A stretch of 64,000 bases of DNA from Candidatus Poriferisocius sp. (GTDB lineage Bacteria; Actinomycetota; Acidimicrobiia; Acidimicrobiales; Bin134): contig NZ_OZ244791.1 of NCBI RefSeq assembly GCF_965219815.1, positions 2,092,491 to 2,156,490 of the forward strand, read 5' to 3'. How positions within the stretch are numbered: the first letter of the stretch is position 1; every line of letters starts with the position of its first letter. Below, in pieces: positions 58,255 through 64,000 of the stretch. Made by a program: the position numbers and the translations under genes. Under the pieces are notes generated by a model. It did no database searches and was not told where the DNA came from. It saw only the letters and a program-made list of their open reading frames with translations.

Positions 58255-58974
58255 TTGCCGCTGTCTGCCTTTGGGAGTGGGGACGAGGGCCCTACTCATT
58301 CTCACCTTGCTAGGACCCTCTGCGATACTGGCGGCGTGTTGGACGAGGTGACGCTGGCGCGTGAGCTCATCAGGATCGTGTCTAGCGATTCGGGGCTGCC
58401 CAGGTCCGCTCGCAGCCGGGCGGCTGGCCTTCAGGCGTTGGCCACCTCCCAGGCGTCGCTCGTCTTCGATGATCTTGAGACGCTGAGGCGGCAGGTCATA
58501 TCGGCTCTCCCGATGCAGCAGCCCACCTGCGACTACGCCCGGTGTGTCTCGGTCGAAGCATTCTGGTTGCACAACTTGCGGGCGGAACGCCGTGCCGCTT
58601 TTTTGACCCCGAGGAACTATCTGCACTGGCTGAGATTTCAGGGAGATCCAGCGGCTGCTGCCCTCAACGACATCTCGACAGACGACATCGTGCCAGCACC
58701 CCACTCCTGGCTGGTGCCAGCGGCCAGCATTGCAGGATTGAGCGGTCGCGGCCTGAGAGCACGTCTGAAGCTCAGCGGCAGCGAACCTCCCTACCTTGTG
58801 TTCGTATTTCCAGTAGTCGATTTGAAGGCTGCTGGTGTGGAGGTGCGTGAACCCCGCGGATTGGATGCAGTGCCCGCTCGCCATGTGCAGTGGTCGCCAG
58901 GCGATGTGCCCGACGAGCGGATCGACCAAGACATCCCGTATGCCGCCCTGGGAGGAGTAGAATGGCGACCATAG
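58255..58974 (+). CDS. hypothetical protein (first gene of three-gene operon)
   Basis: Coding-like third-position GC, no recognisable domain. Start uncertain (TTG 58255 or GTG 58336). 13-nt overlap with the next gene. Confidence 0.45.
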   Translation: MPLSAFGSGDEGPTHSHLARTLCDTGGVLDEVTLARELIRIVSSDSGLPRSARSRAAGLQALATSQASLVFDDLETLRRQVISALPMQQPTCDYARCVSVEAFWLHNLRAERRAAFLTPRNYLHWLRFQGDPAAAALNDISTDDIVPAPHSWLVPAASIAGLSGRGLRARLKLSGSEPPYLVFVFPVVDLKAAGVEVREPRGLDAVPARHVQWSPGDVPDERIDQDIPYAALGGVEWRP

Positions 58975-60407
58975 AGCAGCCCTCGCCCGCCCTGTACAGC
59001 GCGGTGCTCCACATTTTGGGCAACACCGATTCCCGCTCGCGGTCAATGTCGACCACGATGTCCGATCTGGTTGAGCACCTCACCGCCGAGCAGGCTGCCT
59101 GCCTGCCGCAGGTATTCGGCAAGGTGCTCCCGCTGTTGAGGAGAGACCCTGAACGGTTGCAGTTCGCGGCGAACCTCGCCGTTTCCTTCGACTTCTACGA
59201 GGCCGCCGCTGAGATGGCAGAGATCGCGTTGGACCAAGACGATCGCGATCTGAGGCTTGCCGCGGCCATGCTGTGCGGGAATCCGGCAGTCGACGCCCCG
59301 GTTCGCCGGCGAGTCGCCGAGGCGGTGGCCGATGATCCCTATGGCCGGATACGGATGGATCCCAGCACAGTGCCAGGCACAGAAGACGAACAGCTCTTGT
59401 ATTCGCAGTGTTGGCCCGGCGTCCGCACCGAATCCTCGTCCTTCCCGCAGACCCCGGTGGCCGTGCTGGACGGGGGCTTCCCGGCCGACGATGTCCTTCG
59501 CTTCGCCGTCCACCTCGACAAAGCAGGGGCGTCGGTACGCCGCCTGTCACCTGGGGCGGAGGTCCCACATTGGTTTGGCACCCAGACGGTGCTTGTATGT
59601 CAGCCGCCTACCAGAAGCCGGGTGCTGAGCAGATACCCGGGTTTCCCCGAGCGCCAGATACTCGTCGAGCCCATGCCGACAGAAGGTCGGGAGACCGACA
59701 GGCTGCTCCGCCAGATCAACGGTGTATTGTCCGGACCCCACCGGCTTGATCTTGCTGCGGTCGGGTCGGAGGTTGAGCATGCCGTCTGGGCTCCCGATGT
59801 ATTCACAGCAGGGGTCTACCCCACCAAGGAAGCGGCTTTCTTGGCCGGGACCAAACCGTCCTGGCTCAACCGCCTGGGCACGAAAGGCATCTTGCGCCCA
59901 CGCCAGGCCAGAGTGCTGCTCTGGACGTTTCGAGATGTGGTTGCCGTCCGAACCTGGGTCTACTTGAACTCAGAGTCGAATCGAAGAGTCTCGAGCAAGG
60001 TCATCGGCTCTCTAGCTCGGTTTGCAGGCGATGCCAAGGCGGTTCGTCTCGGCGCCACATCTACGGGGAAGGTGCTGGTGAACAAGGGCGACGGATGGGA
60101 CGATGTGGAGAGCGGTCAAAGAGTTATGGGCCTTCACATCACCGACATCGACGAGGTATTCCGACCCTTCGACTTTGGTGGTGGCACCACCCTCGGTCTG
60201 CTCCAAGCCAGCGACAACACTAAACTGCACCCGACAGTCCTCAACGGGACATACCACCTTGACGGGCACCGAATCAGTGCTAAGGCCTTGGCGAGCGTCG
60301 ACACCCGTTGTCGGCGCGAAGTCATCGAGAAGGCCTATCCCGAGTTGGAGGGCAAATCGTTCGAGGACACGGTGTCAGTCGGCATGCAACTCTTGAGCGC
60401 CGCCTGA
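58962..60407 (+). CDS. large protein with C-terminal HTH + DUF433-like (antitoxin-like) module and an unknown 300-aa N-terminal region
   Basis: Start taken at MATIEQ (ATG 58962). The C-terminal PTVLNGTYHLDGHRISAKALA...IEKAYPELEGKSFEDTVSVGMQLL fits the DUF433 pattern. The preceding YPTKEAAFLAGTKPSWLNRLGTKGIL looks like an HTH. Confidence 0.5.
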   Translation: MATIEQPSPALYSAVLHILGNTDSRSRSMSTTMSDLVEHLTAEQAACLPQVFGKVLPLLRRDPERLQFAANLAVSFDFYEAAAEMAEIALDQDDRDLRLAAAMLCGNPAVDAPVRRRVAEAVADDPYGRIRMDPSTVPGTEDEQLLYSQCWPGVRTESSSFPQTPVAVLDGGFPADDVLRFAVHLDKAGASVRRLSPGAEVPHWFGTQTVLVCQPPTRSRVLSRYPGFPERQILVEPMPTEGRETDRLLRQINGVLSGPHRLDLAAVGSEVEHAVWAPDVFTAGVYPTKEAAFLAGTKPSWLNRLGTKGILRPRQARVLLWTFRDVVAVRTWVYLNSESNRRVSSKVIGSLARFAGDAKAVRLGATSTGKVLVNKGDGWDDVESGQRVMGLHITDIDEVFRPFDFGGGTTLGLLQASDNTKLHPTVLNGTYHLDGHRISAKALASVDTRCRREVIEKAYPELEGKSFEDTVSVGMQLLSAA

Positions 60408-60409
60408 CC

Positions 60410-60754
60410 GTGCGGCTGCTCTACGACGCAGTTCTGCCGCAGAGCCTCTCTCTTGAAGCCCCAGCGGAGGTGGAGTTCCAGCGATGGGACGGCTCTGATG
60501 TGTCAGACGCCGACCTCGTCCGCGCATCAGAGGAGAAAGGATGTCGCGGCGTGATTCTCTGGGGCCGCGACTCACTCCAACAAGCGGACTTGCGGGATAC
60601 AGCCCAACAAGCCGGCGTGGCCCTCGTAGCAGTTGAGGCCGACAATCCCGTTGAAGCCAAGCAGCGAATCTTGAAGAATCTGTCGGCGTTGCGCCGAAAG
60701 CTGACGGAACATGACTGCCTACTCGTGCTCGCCAACGAGGTCCGCCCCGTTTGA
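60410..60754 (+). CDS. DUF5615/Mut7-C-like PIN-related small protein (toxin-like)
   Basis: GTG is 2 nt after the upstream stop. VRLLYDAVLPQSL...SDADLVRASEEKGCRGVILWGRD resembles the DUF5615 pattern that usually partners DUF433. Confidence 0.45.
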   Translation: MRLLYDAVLPQSLSLEAPAEVEFQRWDGSDVSDADLVRASEEKGCRGVILWGRDSLQQADLRDTAQQAGVALVAVEADNPVEAKQRILKNLSALRRKLTEHDCLLVLANEVRPV

Positions 60755-60857
60755 GGGCCGACAGATCCTTGAATGCGAGGTTGTCTCGTATTGCGCATTA
60801 GAGGAGAGTCGGCCCATTGACGTGTCTAGGCGACCTCTTCACGGATAGGGGGCAAGG

Positions 60858-61184
60858 TCATTTGGGGTGGCTGCTGGTGGGAAGGCTCCGGGTGTCGATC
60901 AGAGGTGCGTAGTGCTGTTGGGCGGCCTGGGCGGTGATTCCGAGGATTTGGGCGATGCGGGGCCAAGGAGTTCCGTCGGCTCTGGCGTTTGACACGGCTT
61001 CGGTGATCTGCGATTCGTTCCTGGGGTGGGCGGCAGCCGCGCACCGGAGATAGAACTCGGCGACTGGAACTTCTTCGGCCTCTGACCAGTCGAAGGTCTC
61101 GCACCAATCCGCGACAGCATCCCAGTTGCCGCTTGCCTCGGCATCGGTGATGAGTTCTCGAAGGGATCGGGGCATGTCATTCAC
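60858..61184 (-). CDS. small HTH protein, antitoxin-like
   Basis: 108 aa. The C-terminal WPRIAQILGITAQAAQQHY is HTH-like. ATGA overlap with the upstream 78-aa gene. Confidence 0.4.
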   Translation of the reverse strand: MNDMPRSLRELITDAEASGNWDAVADWCETFDWSEAEEVPVAEFYLRCAAAAHPRNESQITEAVSNARADGTPWPRIAQILGITAQAAQQHYAPLIDTRSLPTSSHPK

Positions 61185-61417
61185 CTCAGAAAGTGGGCTC
61201 GTGCTGGCATCGCGTGAACGATTCTAGGGTCTTCTCCCCTTGTCGTTATTCCCACTTCCAGCATGCGACCGCCGTAATCGGCGCCAATGAGCATCAAGAT
61301 ACCGTCCCGATGGAAGATGCGGATCGCGTTCCGACATGCATGGCGGGCATCGTGTTCGGCGATTCCATGCCGGCGAGCGCTGTCGGCGAACTCCAGCCGA
61401 GAGAAATCTAAATACAT
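61181..61417 (-). CDS. small toxin-like protein (BrnT-like pattern), hypothetical
   Basis: 78 aa. RRHGIAEHDARHA...LIGADYGGRMLEVGI...RIVHAMPAR loosely follows BrnT-type toxins. Toxin-first gene order. Confidence 0.3.
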   Translation of the reverse strand: MYLDFSRLEFADSARRHGIAEHDARHACRNAIRIFHRDGILMLIGADYGGRMLEVGITTRGEDPRIVHAMPARAHFLR

Positions 61418-61420
61418 TGA

Positions 61421-61440
61421 TATAGCATATTATAGCGTAT
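61421..61440 (-). promoter_or_regulatory. tandem 10-bp repeat TATAGC(A/G)TAT x2 containing a perfect TATAAT on the minus strand
   Basis: The minus strand reads ATACGCTATAATATGCTATATCA-ATG. The -10 box ends 11 nt before the start codon, implying a leaderless or very short-leader mRNA and a likely operator. Confidence 0.4.
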
Positions 61441-61556
61441 GAACGCGACTACCAAAGATTGGATCCAATGCATGAAACGCCCGGAGGTGCTGGTGCTTGG
61501 CGGTTGTGAGGGAGGGTGTGAGGCGGAGTCGGGGGCTTCGGGTAGCGTGGCTCGTT

Positions 61557-61662
61557 GTGAGTGAGGGGGGCTATCGGCCGAAGCTGATTGAAGTGGCGTT
61601 GCCTTTGGCGGCGATTAATGCGGAGGCTGCGCGGGAGAAGTCGATTCGGCATGGGCATCCTT
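61557..61662 (+). pseudogene. DUF1156/COG1743-type DNA methylase, 5' fragment
   Basis: ...[30 protein letters not shown] is the conserved DUF1156 N-terminus. Cut by the IS3 at 61663. Start codon uncertain (GTG 61557 or upstream TTG 61497). Confidence 0.75.
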
Positions 61663-61708
61663 TGAGGTTCCCCCCTTTTCGTGGAGACATGCTCTATAAG
61701 GAGGAGCT

Positions 61709-61993
61709 ATGTCCAGACCGCGAAGAGATTATGACCGGGAGTTCCGTGATGGGGCTGTCCGGATCGTCAAGGAGACCGGCCGGCCGGTGGCCCACGTCGC
61801 CCGGGAGCTCGGCGTCAACGAGGGCACGCTCGGGAATTGGGTGCGCCGGGACCGAGACGAGCGCTCGGGCGGGCTGAGCGGCGACGAGCGGGCCGAGCTG
61901 GCCCGGCTGCGCCGCCGGGTCGCCGAGCTGGAGATGGAGCGTGATGTGCTCAAACGATCCGTGGTCCTTTGGGTCAACGAGGCGACGCGGTGA
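61709..61993 (+). CDS. IS3-family transposase OrfA
   Basis: [15 protein letters not shown]...LGNWVRRD...[18 protein letters not shown]. Confidence 0.85.
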   Translation: MSRPRRDYDREFRDGAVRIVKETGRPVAHVARELGVNEGTLGNWVRRDRDERSGGLSGDERAELARLRRRVAELEMERDVLKRSVVLWVNEATR

Positions 61994-62886
61994 CCGCAGG
62001 GTTCATCGCGGCCCAAAGGACCGACCACGGTGTGCCTCACTCTGTGGCTTGCAGAGCGCTGGGCGTGGCGGAATCCACGTTCTACAAGCACCTCGACCGG
62101 CCGCTGACCGATCGGCAGCGGCGTCGCCGGGCGCTGGACGCCGAGGTGAAAAAGGCGTTCGACGAATCGGACGGCACCTACGGGTCGCCCAGGGTGCGCG
62201 CCCGGCTGCGACGCGATGGCCTGTCGGTGTCGAAGAAGACGGTGGAGGCCTCGATGGCCCGCCAGGGCCTGTGCGCCCGCCCCAAACGCAAAAAGGGCCT
62301 CACCAGCCCCGACAGCTCCCATGCGGCCCCCACAGACCTTCTGGGCCGCGACTTCAGCGCGACAGGGGTCAACCAGAAATGGTGCGGCGACTTCAAACAG
62401 GTTCCCACCGCCGAGGGCCCGGTGTTCCTCGCGACCGTCGAGGACCTCTACTCCAGGCGCATGGTCGGCTTCGCCACCTCCGACCGGTACCCGACCGCCG
62501 AGCTGGCCAAACAGGCCATCAACACCGCGGTCGCCACCAGAGGCGGCAACGTCAAAGGCGTCATCTTCCACTCGGACAAGGGATCGCAATACACCTCAGA
62601 AGCCTTCGCCGCCGCCTGCCGGCGGCTCGGCATCTCACGGTCCACCGGAAGAACCGGCAACGCGCTGGACAACGCGCCGGCCGAGTCGTTCTTCTCCACC
62701 CTCCAACACGAGCTCATCTCACGCCGAGCCTGGACCACCAGAGCCCGGGCCCGACGAGAAATCACCCTATGGGTCCACACCTGGTACAACCAGCACCGCC
62801 TCCACTCCGCAATCGGAATGACCAGCCCCGTAGAATACGAACAGGCCCACAACCCCGACCCTCAAAAACAAACTCTCCACGATTAG
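61969..62886 (+). CDS. IS3-family transposase OrfB (DDE), -1 frame relative to OrfA
   Basis: [33 protein letters not shown]. Uninterrupted here. Confidence 0.85.
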   Translation: MGQRGDAVTAGFIAAQRTDHGVPHSVACRALGVAESTFYKHLDRPLTDRQRRRRALDAEVKKAFDESDGTYGSPRVRARLRRDGLSVSKKTVEASMARQGLCARPKRKKGLTSPDSSHAAPTDLLGRDFSATGVNQKWCGDFKQVPTAEGPVFLATVEDLYSRRMVGFATSDRYPTAELAKQAINTAVATRGGNVKGVIFHSDKGSQYTSEAFAAACRRLGISRSTGRTGNALDNAPAESFFSTLQHELISRRAWTTRARARREITLWVHTWYNQHRLHSAIGMTSPVEYEQAHNPDPQKQTLHD

Positions 62887-62898
62887 GGGGGAAGCTCA

Positions 62899-64000
62899 CT
62901 TCTACGTTGCACTTGTGGTGGGCTCGGCGGCCGTTGGCGGCGGCTCGGGCGGTGATTTGGGCGTCATTGGTGGACGATCCGTCGGGGGATGAGTCGCTGA
63001 CGCCGGATGAGCAGGAGGCGGAGCGGCAACGGTTGTTTGGCATCTTGGAGCGGCTGGTGAAGTGGGAGAACTCCAATGATCCTGAGGTGCTGGCTGAGGC
63101 TCGGGCGGAGATCGACCGCTGTTTTCCGGACGGGGCGCCGCCGATCCTCGATCCGTTTGCGGGGGGCGGGGCCATTCCGCTGGAGGCGCAGCGGCTGGGT
63201 TTGAAGGCGTTGGCGGGCGACTTGAATCCGGTGGCGGTGCTGATCAACAAGGCGATGATCGAGATACCACCCCGCTTTGCCGGGATGCCGCCGGTGCATC
63301 CGGATATTGACAAGACCCTCACGACGTGGGAACGGGCGCAGGGGTTGGCGGCGGACGTGTGGGCTTATGGGCGGTGGATGCGCGACGAGGCCGAGCGGCG
63401 GATCGGACACCTGTACCCGGATGCGACGGGTCCGAACGGGGAGAAGCTGACACCGATTGCCTGGATATGGGCGAGAACGGTGGAGTCGCCTGATCCGAGT
63501 TGGTCGGGGCATGTGCCGTTGGTGGCCTCGTGGACGCTGGCCAAGCGGCCGGGCAAGCCCAAGGTGTGGATTGAGCCGGTCGTGGATCGGGCTGCGCAGA
63601 CGATCAGTTACGAGATACGTGAAGGCGGCGAGCCTCTGTATGAGCGAACCTGTAGCGGTGGCGATGGAGTGTGTCTTGCGACAGGTTCAGCAATTCCGGC
63701 CACGTACATAAAGGGAGAAAGTCGCGCAGGGAGGATGGGTCAGGAACTGATCGCTGTTGTGGCTGAGGGGGACTTTGGAAGAGCGTACTGTTCGCCTAGA
63801 GCAACAGATAGAGCGGCGGCGATCGCGGAGCTACCAGTTTGGAAGCCAGAGGAATCTCTACCTCAAAAGGGTCTTGGCTTTCGAGTTCAAGCCTACGGCC
63901 TAGACGAGTGGTGGAAGCTATTCGTCTCAAGACAGCTGATGGCCCTCACCACCTTTTCAGATCTACTCGAAGATGTGGCAAGGATGGTTGAATCGGACGC
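62899..64000 (+). pseudogene. DUF1156/COG1743-type DNA methylase, 3' portion (runs off window)
   Basis: My translation from 62901 is open for 366 codons: STLHLWWARRPLAAARAV...DPFAGGGAIPLEAQRLGLKALAGDLNPVAVLINKAMIEIPPRFAG (SAM motif I). Confidence 0.8.

Larger units (their letters stand above)
61663..62898 (+). mobile_element. IS3-family insertion sequence (type A, copy 2), intact, 1,236 bp
   Basis: IRs TGAGGTTCCCCCCTTTTC / reverse complement TGAGCTTCCCCCCTAATC. 3-bp target duplication CTT (61660-62 / 62899-901). Confidence 0.9.

Noticed and set aside
58252-59046. 264-aa minus-strand ORF overlapping the first gene of the three-gene operon
   Set aside because: The plus-strand frame has better third-position GC bias and is translationally coupled to the next gene. 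The minus ORF is Cys/Arg/Gln-rich. This is not fully excluded without expression data.

Overview
High-GC (about 65-67% by hand count) actinobacterial-type chromosomal segment; the taxon cannot be fixed from sequence alone. Family calls come from motifs I recognise by eye, since no HMM or BLAST search was possible. Nt 1-45,333 is mostly a dense lipid/steroid-like acyl-CoA catabolic region. It holds two crotonases, two acyl-CoA synthetases, family III and class I CoA-transferases, a thiolase+DUF35 pair, about ten SDRs, two adjacent acyl-CoA dehydrogenase pairs, a nitronate monooxygenase-type FMN enzyme and a P450 flanked by two SAM methyltransferases. Two accessory insertions interrupt it. The first is a 4.5-kb islet (7.0-11.6 kb) with a DUF4143 AAA ATPase, an orphan 346-aa gene and a NotI-fold endonuclease + DPPY methylase pair; the R-M pair is bracketed by a 23/24-bp direct repeat. 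The second is a Phd-VapC module (26.8-27.5 kb). From 45,348 to the window end lies a defence/mobilome island. It contains an intact SNF2 helicase with a C-terminal DUF3883 nuclease-like domain and an RHH-Doc toxin-antitoxin pair. Next comes a strongly AT-shifted two-gene module (SLOG/deoxyribosyltransferase-like domain fused to an HTH, plus an ImmA/IrrE protease). This is followed by a 6.6-kb nest of five IS elements (ISL3, three IS3-family types, IS30) whose insertion order can be partly reconstructed. Beyond that are a three-gene operon ending in an enlarged HTH/DUF433 protein and a DUF5615/PIN-like protein, and a small toxin-like/HTH pair. The island ends (in this window) with a DUF1156/COG1743-type DNA methylase cleanly split by a second copy of one IS3 element. 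The best candidates for undescribed biology are the SLOG-HTH/ImmA module, the 58.3-60.8 kb three-gene operon, and the helicase...methylase locus that appears to have been pulled apart and inactivated. No rRNA, tRNA or CRISPR array was seen.
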